From assembly GCA_016211165.1 (NCBI GenBank), contig JACQSU010000086.1, forward strand, positions 1 to 35,587: DNA of 35,587 nt, written 5' to 3'. The stretch comes from Candidatus Woesearchaeota archaeon (lineage in GTDB: Archaea > Nanobdellota > Nanobdellia > Woesearchaeales > JAGWAF01). Made by a program: the position numbers and the translations under genes. Below, in pieces: positions 7,918-17,230 of the stretch. The notes under the pieces were generated by a model. That model ran no database searches. It worked only from the letters and a program-made list of their open reading frames with translations, and had not been told where the DNA came from. The number at the start of each line of letters is the position of its first letter. Position 1 is the stretch's first letter.

Positions 7918-9641
7918 AGACCACCCAAGCGCCTCCTTCGCACATATCTTATCTCGCGAATGAAATCGCGATCCGCCGTGAACCGTAGCGGCTCATCAGC
8001 ATTGTAGATAGCGTCCTCAACCTTCCCTGTTACAAGAGGATGCGCGAACTCCGTCGACAAGAGATGCAAGACCAACTCCTTACGACCAAGCGCTGCCAAA
8101 AGCCATTGATCATTCTGACCGACCGTTATATAGTCCTTGGCAGCAGCTTCTAACGAAGACAAGTCTGGATACTTCTCACGCAAAGCCTTTGGCACATCAT
8201 TCCGACTCGTAACACCCTTTTCCTTGAGCACAAGCCCCATTGCAAATGCCGATTCAATCGCCTCCCCTTCTATTATCCAGGCAGGGTTGCGCGGGGTAAA
8301 CGCGCAAAACACGTGCTTGCCAGGACGTTGACCAATCGCTTCTACAGAACGTGAGAGAAAGAGACGGAATCCTGCACCGGTATAGGGAGGATCAAAACAG
8401 CACACATCCACCATACCTATAAGATCCTGCGGCAAGGGATCGCGCAAGTCATGCACACGCGCACGCACGGGGAGACGATGTGTCGCTGCGACTTCATTGA
8501 TACGAGACACCACACGTGGATCAATATCAAGCACGACAATGTCATCAAACACTCCCTGCGCCGCGAGCAGCAGCGAGAGAAAATCATCATCACCAAGAAC
8601 CAACACCTTTCGCTGCCCCCGAGCGGCCTTTGCAATGTACGCGGCCCTTACCTTTAGATCCTCTTCACACACCCGAAGCTGCGCAAAAGAGCGATCCTCA
8701 ACACAACGCATGTCTGACACATCGATACGCACGGCCTGCGGAGTCCAGTGATGCATGGCATAGAACCTGCCTGCGTCCTCATGGACTATACGATGTTCCA
8801 TAAACATCCGCAACACCCGCGCGACAAGTAAAATTGCCATACCAACATCCTGCGCAATAGACCACACATCCTTGCCATCACAACAATCAAAAATATCAAG
8901 CACATCCTCTGCGCACAATTCCACGGCGCAATGATTCGTCAATTGTCCGGCAACATGCTCGGCTACATCCTTAAGCAGATTCACTGGCCGAAGCTCTTCA
9001 TCACGGATTGAAGCAATTGCTCCCTTGCACACATCCTTCTTTGCGCAGACATGGCATCGGGGCCGTTGTGACCGAGCCTGTGCAACAAGCAATCCAGCAT
9101 CGTGCTGCTCAAGATCCCCGAGCAGACATAACGGAATATTATCTGCAAGAATAACACCTGGAAACAGCGCCATCACAAGCCGCGTCTGCGCAGCAGCAGC
9201 ATCCACAGGAATATACTCATGTTCTGCTACCGGGACCACCTGTGACTGCGCACCTGGATAGAACAAGATGATCCTCTCAATCCCCTGGTTCCTTGCCTTG
9301 CGAACCATCGAATTGAGACGATACACACTTGATGCTACCAAGGGAATGATCAGCACATCAGCAGGGGATATATGCGCCGCTTCCTCTGTTAGCACAGTAT
9401 CAACTAAGACACCCACTGTCACATTCGTTGAGCGCGACACCTTTGAAGGATGCGATGTAATCACGAACGTCTTCTTATCCCTGCTGCAGATAAGCTCCTG
9501 GATGGTATCCCATTGCGGATGATCTGTTGGCTCGGCACCAGCGATGAGCACCAAACCTTGCATACCGGAGATCCCATCCCTAATCTGATCAAGCCCCACA
9601 AACACATCACCATCACGCAACCTACAGAACACAGCCTCCAT
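7914..9641 (-). CDS. Fusion of a degenerate HxsC-like radical SAM domain and a BpsA-like (branched-chain polyamine synthase) aminopropyltransferase
   Basis: N-half: 'GAEPTDHP', 'NIPLCLL', 'CHVCAKKDVCKG...EELRPV', no CxxxCxxC. C-half: 'VLVLGDDDFLSL', 'VVLDIDPR', 'HDLRDPLP', 'DPPYT.AGFRLFLSR'. Confidence 0.8.
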   Translation of the reverse strand: MEAVFCRLRDGDVFVGLDQIRDGISGMQGLVLIAGAEPTDHPQWDTIQELICSRDKKTFVITSHPSKVSRSTNVTVGVLVDTVLTEEAAHISPADVLIIPLVASSVYRLNSMVRKARNQGIERIILFYPGAQSQVVPVAEHEYIPVDAAAAQTRLVMALFPGVILADNIPLCLLGDLEQHDAGLLVAQARSQRPRCHVCAKKDVCKGAIASIRDEELRPVNLLKDVAEHVAGQLTNHCAVELCAEDVLDIFDCCDGKDVWSIAQDVGMAILLVARVLRMFMEHRIVHEDAGRFYAMHHWTPQAVRIDVSDMRCVEDRSFAQLRVCEEDLKVRAAYIAKAARGQRKVLVLGDDDFLSLLLAAQGVFDDIVVLDIDPRVVSRINEVAATHRLPVRARVHDLRDPLPQDLIGMVDVCCFDPPYTGAGFRLFLSRSVEAIGQRPGKHVFCAFTPRNPAWIIEGEAIESAFAMGLVLKEKGVTSRNDVPKALREKYPDLSSLEAAAKDYITVGQNDQWLLAALGRKELVLHLLSTEFAHPLVTGKVEDAIYNADEPLRFTADRDFIREIRYVRRRRLGGL

Positions 9642-9661
9642 TATCGTGAGGTTGCGCCATG

Positions 9662-9715
9662 ATATAAATGCTTTTTGAACTTCCTCACTTCGTTCGGAAG
9701 TTAAACCTTTTTATA
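9662..9715. promoter_or_regulatory. Divergent promoters with a central inverted repeat
   Basis: Minus-strand ATTTATAT (9662-9669) ~21 nt before ATG 9641; plus-strand TTTTTATA (9708-9715); AACTTCC-N11-GGAAGTT at 9678-9702 between them. Confidence 0.6.
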
Positions 9716-9729
9716 GCTACAAAAACAGG

Positions 9730-9776
9730 AGGATGTTTGAAAAAGTCGGTCTATGGCCACATTTTTTCAACATCCT
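9730..9776. repeat. Palindromic element, family 1 (5' UTR copy)
   Basis: AGGATGTTTGAAAAA-GTCGGTCTATGGCCACAT-TTTTTCAACATCCT. Confidence 0.7.
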
Positions 9777-9790
9777 AAGAGGAGTGTATT

Positions 9791-12760
9791 ATGCAACAAT
9801 CCATTGCTGTGATCACAATTATCCTGGTGCTCATCCTTGTTGCGTCCCCAACATTTGCACAAAGCGGCGTTCTCAAACTCCTCTTTCCTGACCAAACCAC
9901 GGAAGCCATCGTCACAGACGAATGCGCAGGCACAGGCAAATGCTGCATCCCCACAGCCATCGCAGACAAGGTCTGCACAAGCGAAGGCACGTACATCCTC
10001 AACTTCAAATACACAGGAGACGTACAGAGCGCAGGCGAAGTCCTCAAAAACGCCCACGCCGTCAACTGGGATACGGAGCAATACTGCAAAGGCACGGAGA
10101 GCACGGATGTGCTATGCTTCCAAAACAAAAGCGTAAACTTCTCATCTGTATCAGGGAAGTGCTGCGGAGCACGCCCCAGCAGGGACTGCGGACTGCGCAG
10201 CGGCACAGAAGTCTGCGTCAACCCCACCAAAGAACCAGAACACTGGGAACTCATGCACCTTGCAGAAAACCACGGAGATATCATCGATGTCGACTGCGCG
10301 CAAACACAACTCGTAAGCGATGGAACTGAATTCTACGGATGTGGACTCTACCAAGGCATCGCGACACAGCATCCCACGTTCGATCTTTTGGAAGTCACCA
10401 GAAGTGGCGTTGACCAATACCAAAAGCACGGCTACCTGTGCGCAGAACCAGACCCTGGAAACAACAACACCCACCCGGAAATCATCGAATGCCTCGGCGA
10501 CGGACGATCATACAACCAAAAACAAGGAAACATCGGACAGATCGGAGAAGCACACCAACGCGGCGAACTCTTCTTTGCCCAACTTGGCCGCGACGATGTC
10601 ATCCAAACCGGAGCCCTTGGCAACTTTAATGGCGCAAGCGGCAAACTCATTGTTAAACTCAACAACACCTGGGCAGGGTCAGAAGACCTTACCAGAGTCA
10701 TCTTCTTTGCAGAAGCGGACCTTGACACATACATCTCCATAGAAAAAAGCAAGAACAAACTCACCTGCAATGCAGTCAATGGGGGAAGCAGTATCAAAAC
10801 AACATTTGACATTAGCAGTCTTACACCATCACCGCAAAGCGGCATTATCCACACGATTATCCTCACGTGGAACACCAATGGCCAATTCATCTGCTCCTTT
10901 GATGGAGTATCACAAACCAAAACAGGATACAACGCCATCAATGTCAGAGAACTCTTTGTCAACACAGGACCCCGAGGAGCCCAAGGATCGCAATCACCCA
11001 TGCGCGCGCGCATCTCAAAAGACGCGAATGCGCCCATACTCTACTGCACCAAGGATGCCCAATGGGTCAAGGACCTTGACACAAAGGACTCGATTACGTG
11101 CCGCGCTGCAGGCCTTCGCTGGACAGGAAGCAAGTGCTGCTCTGAAGACGAAGACCTGCCAGGCGAATCCTACAATGACAAAGACCCCCCAAACTACAAT
11201 GACCAAGAAAGCGGCGCCTGCTTTAAATCCGCGCATGTCGCCAATGGATTCCTCGTCCCACAAACCAATGACACGGTCCTTGCGATCCTCGGAGAATTCT
11301 ACGGATGTCAACTCAACGAGACCGCACCACACTTTCTTGCACTCACTGACACCCACACAGGAAAACCCCTTATCAATACCACCAATAGGTGCACACTCGC
11401 CTATAATGCAACACGAAATGTCAACGTGAACTACTACTGCTCATTCCGCAACAACTGGACACGCACGCTTAAACAGGATCAGTTGTTCCCACGAAGCGTC
11501 GCACCTGAAGTTCGCTCCGTCCTGAATCCCGCACAAAACCGCAGCGCCATCGACACAGAATGCTGCCCACAACAACAATGCTGGAGCGGCATTGCCTGCG
11601 TGAACGACCAACGAAACGACCCAAATCCTCGAAACACCATCAAAGGATTCCGCTGCATCGGAGGCAACTGGACCACGATGACACCAAAACACACCTTTGA
11701 TGACCGTGTCTTCGGATTCTGCCCACGCAACGAACAATGCCTTGTCAACCCAAGCGCAAACGCATCTGCAAACGACCTACCACACGCCATTAGCTTTGCA
11801 CATCCGGAACGAGGACCCATCTGCATCACTAATGGGCAATACATCCTTCAATCAATCACTCGTGGCGATGCCACGCAGAGCACATCAACATACTGCAACA
11901 ATGGGTCATGGACCAGCAGAACCAATATCCTCGCATCATACCTTGCAAGCATCGGAGAAACCCAAGCACCCAACAACTACGCACTCTTCTGCGACCGATT
12001 CCGCAACACACTCAATTTCTTTGAATACCGAGCACTCCCGGACGCCAACTTTGTGTCGCACTACATGGACGCAACATGCACAGGGCCTGACAAAACACCA
12101 ACCCCCTGCGTCAACGAATTCTGCGTCCTCAAATACGGAGACAAGGTCGCCTGGGGAACCACACTTAACAAACCCATCAACGACTCAAGAGAGGGATTTC
12201 TTAATGCCGTTGGAAAACCAGTCACGCACTGTGACAACGCACTGCAAGACGACGCACAATTCCACGCCTGCGGCGCAAACATGTGGCACAACAATGCCCT
12301 GGGAGCCATCATCCACCTTCCCACAGGAGCAGTGCCAGGCATCACAACTACCGAAGCCCTAACCGCCGGCGCAGCATACATCGAGGCGCGCATGCAAGCC
12401 ATTGACACATTCATGGAATCCGCAACACTTGCAGACTTTCGAACCTTCATCCTAAGCACCCACATGTTCGAAAACCTCTATATCAACCGCGCAGGCCAAA
12501 AAGACCTTTTTGCGTTTTTGCAAACAAACAGAGTCAATGGCACACCCATCGACTACCTTGCCGCACGCTACATGGGAATCAATATCACCGACCCACGCGG
12601 CGTGTCGGGCTGCGACCTTATCAGAAACCGCATCACCGTCGATTTAGCCAAAGACTGCAAAACTGTGGGCACAACAAACACCTTTGTCGGCGTACAAACA
12701 CCAGGAGAAGGAAACCTAAGAATTATATGGCAGGACTTCACAGCAAAACTACGCAAATAA
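9791..12760 (+). CDS. Large secreted Cys-rich protein (989 aa), probable LamG/ConA-like domain; paralog of 17989-20949
   Basis: Signal peptide ending 'SPTFA|Q'; many Cys; 'HTIILTWNTNGQFICSFDG'. Shares 'WTGSKCCSE.EDLP.ESYND.DP' and 'TPCVNEFCVLKY' with the paralog. Confidence 0.8.
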   Translation: MQQSIAVITIILVLILVASPTFAQSGVLKLLFPDQTTEAIVTDECAGTGKCCIPTAIADKVCTSEGTYILNFKYTGDVQSAGEVLKNAHAVNWDTEQYCKGTESTDVLCFQNKSVNFSSVSGKCCGARPSRDCGLRSGTEVCVNPTKEPEHWELMHLAENHGDIIDVDCAQTQLVSDGTEFYGCGLYQGIATQHPTFDLLEVTRSGVDQYQKHGYLCAEPDPGNNNTHPEIIECLGDGRSYNQKQGNIGQIGEAHQRGELFFAQLGRDDVIQTGALGNFNGASGKLIVKLNNTWAGSEDLTRVIFFAEADLDTYISIEKSKNKLTCNAVNGGSSIKTTFDISSLTPSPQSGIIHTIILTWNTNGQFICSFDGVSQTKTGYNAINVRELFVNTGPRGAQGSQSPMRARISKDANAPILYCTKDAQWVKDLDTKDSITCRAAGLRWTGSKCCSEDEDLPGESYNDKDPPNYNDQESGACFKSAHVANGFLVPQTNDTVLAILGEFYGCQLNETAPHFLALTDTHTGKPLINTTNRCTLAYNATRNVNVNYYCSFRNNWTRTLKQDQLFPRSVAPEVRSVLNPAQNRSAIDTECCPQQQCWSGIACVNDQRNDPNPRNTIKGFRCIGGNWTTMTPKHTFDDRVFGFCPRNEQCLVNPSANASANDLPHAISFAHPERGPICITNGQYILQSITRGDATQSTSTYCNNGSWTSRTNILASYLASIGETQAPNNYALFCDRFRNTLNFFEYRALPDANFVSHYMDATCTGPDKTPTPCVNEFCVLKYGDKVAWGTTLNKPINDSREGFLNAVGKPVTHCDNALQDDAQFHACGANMWHNNALGAIIHLPTGAVPGITTTEALTAGAAYIEARMQAIDTFMESATLADFRTFILSTHMFENLYINRAGQKDLFAFLQTNRVNGTPIDYLAARYMGINITDPRGVSGCDLIRNRITVDLAKDCKTVGTTNTFVGVQTPGEGNLRIIWQDFTAKLRK

Positions 12761-12761
12761 C

Positions 12762-13577
12762 ATGACACAACCACAACCAGCAAGGAAACCATCAGTCGAT
12801 GAGTACATCACCAATCTCAAAACCGGAGGATGGACCAATTCTGATGCGTTACGAAAAGCAATCAGCGAAGGATACGGTAATGAAATTATTACCACCATAC
12901 GCAACGATCATGCGCACATAGTCACGCGCAACATCCTCATTGGCCTATGCATGCTCTTCGCTGCAATTCTCATAGGACTCACATTTACAAGACCAGGAAC
13001 CCCTGCCTATGACCTCACCTACCAAGCCACCCAAACACTCAACCTTGCGCCATGCCTTGCCTTGCAAGACCCAGGAGAGAGAACCCACTGCATCGAATCG
13101 GTAAGCGCAGCAGCCCAACGGATCCTATCACACTCGCAAAGCGATTTACACGCACGAACCCTTGCAAGCACAGTCCTTGCAGCAACAACAGAACCCAACC
13201 GATGCGAGACACTAGAAGCAACACTTCGAACCACATGCACAGACCAGTCATCATATTGGCGCGCCATCATCAGCGGCGACACATCATCATGCTCGAGCCT
13301 TAGTGATACACCTGCGCGCACGGCGTGCGTCATCGAAACACTCCAACGACACGATCCAGCACAAGCAGCACAACTCGCCGCATCATACGAAGAAGCGCTC
13401 ACCACTGCGCTCCAAGGCCGCAACCCCTCCTTATGCAACCAACTAGGCCAGAAGGATCTTGTGACGCAATGCACGATCGCAGCATCCTTTCAGCTCGCCA
13501 CGACAACACAGGACCCCATCCACTGCCAATCGATCTCCGATGATACCATTCGAGCACAGTGCACAATGCTCACTTGA
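12762..13577 (+). CDS. Membrane-anchored protein with short Cys-pair repeats
   Basis: TM 'ILIGLCMLFAAILIGLTF'; repeats 'CSSLSDTPARTAC', 'CNQLGQKDLVTQC', 'CQSISDDTIRAQC'. Confidence 0.75.
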   Translation: MTQPQPARKPSVDEYITNLKTGGWTNSDALRKAISEGYGNEIITTIRNDHAHIVTRNILIGLCMLFAAILIGLTFTRPGTPAYDLTYQATQTLNLAPCLALQDPGERTHCIESVSAAAQRILSHSQSDLHARTLASTVLAATTEPNRCETLEATLRTTCTDQSSYWRAIISGDTSSCSSLSDTPARTACVIETLQRHDPAQAAQLAASYEEALTTALQGRNPSLCNQLGQKDLVTQCTIAASFQLATTTQDPIHCQSISDDTIRAQCTMLT

Positions 13578-13593
13578 TAGCGCCACGCTACAC

Positions 13594-13602
13594 TTTTATA
13601 TA
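13594..13602 (+). promoter_or_regulatory. TATA box for the beta-helix gene
   Basis: TTTTATATA ~24 nt before ATG 13626. Confidence 0.6.
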
Positions 13603-13625
13603 TCATCTGCACCATAATCGACCTG

Positions 13626-15806
13626 ATGAAGACACCCCTGCTTTTCCGAATTCTGGTCGTCTTGTGCTTTCTTGCAGCCGTCTTCAACTCCCCTGGTTCT
13701 GCTACACCCAGCTCCGGATGCCAAATCCTTCATCGCAACCTCATACTCACCCACAACCTCACATCCAATGGCACCTGTTTTACCATCGGAGCAAACGGAG
13801 TGACGCTTGATTGCGCAGGGTTTACGATTCGCGGCAATGCAAGTGATGTGCTCATTAATATCTCGCGCAAACATGGTGTTATCGTCAAGAATTGCCGCTT
13901 TGCTAATGCGAGCATCAGTGTTCTTATGGAGGATGTGAATAACAGCCTTATCAATAACGTGACTCATGACACCATCCGATATCTTGGAACCATCACCCCG
14001 GACTGGAATAGAATCTCACGCAACACCACTATCGCCAACAGTGATAACTTCATCCTCTACAAACCGAACAATGGCGATGCCAGCAGTCTTGTCCTTGAGA
14101 ACAACACCAATATGGGATTCCAACGGGCGACGTTTAGCTCTTTTAATAACAACACGATCATTAGAGCGGAGTCCCTACACGGAAACCTCGGAACCTCATC
14201 TCGTTTTACCAACAACCACATCAGCGGAATCCACACCACGTTTAGCAACTCCATGACATTTATCAACAACACCTTCACCAACACATCCTTGACAGGCATT
14301 GGACTCACTGGAGCGAGCGCAGACATCATTTTCATCAACAATGACGTACGAAATGTTCCCCGATTCTGGCACATCGGCGGGGGCGGATTCGCAGCCAATC
14401 ATCGCATTATTGGCAACACATTCTATAATATCAGTCTTGCATTAGCCTACCCTGGCTACGGACCTGCGACAAACACCATCATCGTCAATAACAAATTCCT
14501 TAGCATCGGCACCGCCATCATCCTCAACAATGCCAGGCACAATGTCCACCTCCTCAATAATACCTTCAACGCCACCTACAGTGCGATTAACCTTGGCACC
14601 ACTGCCCCTAATCACAACGCAGTCATTGCGAATAACACATTCAATACAACAGAATATGGAATACAATTCTTTGGTACGAGCAATAATACCCACATCCTGG
14701 GAAATACATGGCTTGCAGGAAGCACCGGCATTCTTTTGAGCAGCACAACACAAGGAGCAAGCGCCAACAACACCCTTATCAGAGGAAATACGTTTAGGAC
14801 AACCACTACCCCTATTAGCCTCACCACGCTTGGAGCCAGCGGACAAAGCGCAGCAGTCCTTCGCATCATCGACACTCTGATGCTAAGCACGGGAAGCGGC
14901 ATATCACTCACTGGAGCAGAAAGCCCTTACATCAACAACAATACAGCGAACGCAACAACTTCAACCACACCGACCATTGCGCTCTTCAACGCGACACAAG
15001 GCATAGTCTCCAATAACACCATTAACAACGCGAGGCATAGCGTCAGGCTCATCACTTCGCGGGCGACCCTCCAAGACAACCTACTGGTGGACACACCCCT
15101 TGGAGTTGTTATTAACGACACCGGCTGGCCAGCAGGAGAATACACCATTGACAACACCACATTCCTCACACCCCCACGAGAATCCATCCACATCAGCGAC
15201 ACACTCAATGTCACCATCACCGGCCCCCTGCCTGCAAATATCACCATCCAAAACAGCACCACAACACGCATCACCTTAACCAGCCCCCTCCACGCGCACA
15301 CACGCCACCTCTCTGATATTATCAGCCTCACCAACAATCTCGCGTATCTAAACAGCACACTTGCACCTGAATGGAACACCAGCGCACGCATCTCCCTGCA
15401 CAACCTTAACTTCCTTGACCCACAACCCTACATACGCTTCCTTGACTATGGATCATTCCACAACTGCCCCCCAATGATATGCACCACACTCACGCGGGAC
15501 CCTCTCACAAATACATACCACCTTGACGTCAACCACTTTACCACCTACACCATAGGCGAAGGACAACTCCCCCAACCCATCCCTGCATCGGCACTTCCCG
15601 CGCCATCAGAAAACATCTGTTGCTGCAATTCCCAAGGACTCGCACAGAAGCCAAGCGTACTCTTCTCCGGAGCAGCATTTCCACTTGGATGTGACACTGC
15701 AGCGGAATTTGTAGAACATCCCCCACCAATCGCTAGCCTTGATATCGATTTCTCCACTGCATGCACCACCGTATGCATGGAAGACGCAATCCAACAATAC
15801 ATATAA
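13626..15806 (+). CDS. Secreted right-handed parallel beta-helix (NosD/pectin-lyase-like) protein with C-terminal six-Cys module
   Basis: Signal peptide; 'CFTIGANGVTLDCAGFTI'; many 'I.NNTF' repeats; Pro linker then 'NICCCN...CTTVC'. Confidence 0.82.
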   Translation: MKTPLLFRILVVLCFLAAVFNSPGSATPSSGCQILHRNLILTHNLTSNGTCFTIGANGVTLDCAGFTIRGNASDVLINISRKHGVIVKNCRFANASISVLMEDVNNSLINNVTHDTIRYLGTITPDWNRISRNTTIANSDNFILYKPNNGDASSLVLENNTNMGFQRATFSSFNNNTIIRAESLHGNLGTSSRFTNNHISGIHTTFSNSMTFINNTFTNTSLTGIGLTGASADIIFINNDVRNVPRFWHIGGGGFAANHRIIGNTFYNISLALAYPGYGPATNTIIVNNKFLSIGTAIILNNARHNVHLLNNTFNATYSAINLGTTAPNHNAVIANNTFNTTEYGIQFFGTSNNTHILGNTWLAGSTGILLSSTTQGASANNTLIRGNTFRTTTTPISLTTLGASGQSAAVLRIIDTLMLSTGSGISLTGAESPYINNNTANATTSTTPTIALFNATQGIVSNNTINNARHSVRLITSRATLQDNLLVDTPLGVVINDTGWPAGEYTIDNTTFLTPPRESIHISDTLNVTITGPLPANITIQNSTTTRITLTSPLHAHTRHLSDIISLTNNLAYLNSTLAPEWNTSARISLHNLNFLDPQPYIRFLDYGSFHNCPPMICTTLTRDPLTNTYHLDVNHFTTYTIGEGQLPQPIPASALPAPSENICCCNSQGLAQKPSVLFSGAAFPLGCDTAAEFVEHPPPIASLDIDFSTACTTVCMEDAIQQYI

Positions 15807-15807
15807 A
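15801..15807 (+). promoter_or_regulatory. TATA box for the gene at 15833
   Basis: ATATAAA ~26 nt before the ATG. Confidence 0.5.
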
Positions 15808-15832
15808 CCCGAATCTAGCAGTTCACACCCCA

Positions 15833-17188
15833 ATGAGCACCAGTAACCTTGTTCGCCGAAGCCAAATCAGCTGGGCGATCATCCTCACCATCTTTTTTCT
15901 TATCCTCTTTGCGATGCTTCTCTACCTCTTGTCATCCTACATGCAAGCCGGAGCAGACCTAAGCCTTATCCGAGGACAACTTAGCGAGACAGAACTCGTC
16001 CCACTCAAAGAGCATATCCAAGACTGTCTGGACCTTGCCAGTCGCAAAGGCCTTATTCTCGCAGGCAAACACGGAGGCGTCATCTACACAAGCCAAGGAG
16101 GACCCACACCGGACCCTCCTCCTACGTCCCTTGGAGAGGACTATCTGCTCTATGAAGGTGACATCATCCCCTATGCAGTCGTACCTTTCAGAGGCACTTT
16201 AGGCGGAGGATCATTTCGATACGCTGCAGAACCACCAGAATATCCCTGGGACGGATTCCCAGAATATCAACCACCCTGCGACACCACCTGTCCACCGCCC
16301 ACTACCAGCACCAAAGGCCTAAGCGGATACAACCTCCTTACCAGCCTGCCAAAACTCTTCACTGTCTCCATGCAAGACCAACTGGAACGCTACATCCATA
16401 ACACCACCCTCACATGCATCGACTGGAACCAATTCACCACTCTTGCAACATCCGCAGGCAACTCAAGCCTTCATGTCATCATCACCCACGCAAGCACGAT
16501 CATATCCTTCGAATACCCCCTCGTGATCACCAATACCATAACCGGCGCACAGGGCCGTATCCGCGATTTTCTCATCGAGTATCCTGTGCGCCTTGGACAG
16601 ATGATCAACTTCACAAGCGACACACTCGATGATGAAGTCTCCACACTCGAATTCAACCTTAACGCAAGCACTGTAGAAACCCTCACGTTTGAACGACGCG
16701 ACCACATCCACAATCTTGACTACATTATCATTACATCTGATCCTCAAAGCACCATACTTGAAACTCCGTATGAGCTGCGCTTTGCCATACGCAACCGCCG
16801 CCCCGCCCTCTTCTTACTCAATGACTCGCGTCACAGAACCCTCAACACATTTGTGATCTGTGGCGGCAAAGACTCCAATCAAAACTATGACCCACCCATC
16901 ATTTTTCTAACCCAGAACCAAGCACAATTGTGCATTCAAAACGGCAATGGATGCAACCCATCGTCCACCTGCGCAATACTTAACGCCATCGACCCGGACG
17001 ACAACCCTCTTACATATACATACCAACTTGACACGCCAGAACCCACAAACGCCACAACAATAGTGAGCGAAGCAACACTGATTCTTTTGCAAGCCACCAA
17101 TCAACGATTAGGAATCATGGTGAATGTCACCGACGGACAACATGCAGATAGCCAAACGCTCCGCTTCCGCACCACACGCATCCCCTAA
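15833..17188 (+). CDS. Large pilin-like protein with class III signal peptide; paralog of 20949-22352
   Basis: 'RRS|QISWAIILTIFFLILF'; shares 'HIQDCLDLASR', 'PPEYPWDGFPEYQ', 'STILETPYELRFAIRNRRPAL' with the paralog. ATG 15833 lies ~26 nt after a TATA box. Confidence 0.78.
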   Translation: MSTSNLVRRSQISWAIILTIFFLILFAMLLYLLSSYMQAGADLSLIRGQLSETELVPLKEHIQDCLDLASRKGLILAGKHGGVIYTSQGGPTPDPPPTSLGEDYLLYEGDIIPYAVVPFRGTLGGGSFRYAAEPPEYPWDGFPEYQPPCDTTCPPPTTSTKGLSGYNLLTSLPKLFTVSMQDQLERYIHNTTLTCIDWNQFTTLATSAGNSSLHVIITHASTIISFEYPLVITNTITGAQGRIRDFLIEYPVRLGQMINFTSDTLDDEVSTLEFNLNASTVETLTFERRDHIHNLDYIIITSDPQSTILETPYELRFAIRNRRPALFLLNDSRHRTLNTFVICGGKDSNQNYDPPIIFLTQNQAQLCIQNGNGCNPSSTCAILNAIDPDDNPLTYTYQLDTPEPTNATTIVSEATLILLQATNQRLGIMVNVTDGQHADSQTLRFRTTRIP

Positions 17189-17200
17189 TCAACAACAACA

Positions 17201-17208
17201 TATATAAA
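17201..17208 (+). promoter_or_regulatory. TATA box at the start of the 17231-30888 gene run
   Basis: TATATAAA ~23 nt before GTG 17231. Confidence 0.6.
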
Positions 17209-17230
17209 TGATCCAGACGGTATAATTGAC

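Noticed and set aside
5445-9641. speD and the BpsA-like gene as plain housekeeping polyamine synthesis
   Set aside because: Not fully excluded, but the fusion to an HxsC-like domain, the placement inside the hxs operons and the absence of speE or agmatinase here argue against it.
13626-15400. AAC-rich sequence as a diversity-generating retroelement template
   Set aside because: Asn ladders of a beta-helix explain it; I found no reverse transcriptase and no near-identical TR/VR pair differing at adenines.
15761-15832. Upstream start for the 475-aa ORF (likewise 6890, 6160, 28144 and 30945 for other genes)
   Set aside because: Downstream ATGs fit the RBS/TATA spacing, gene coupling and signal peptides better.
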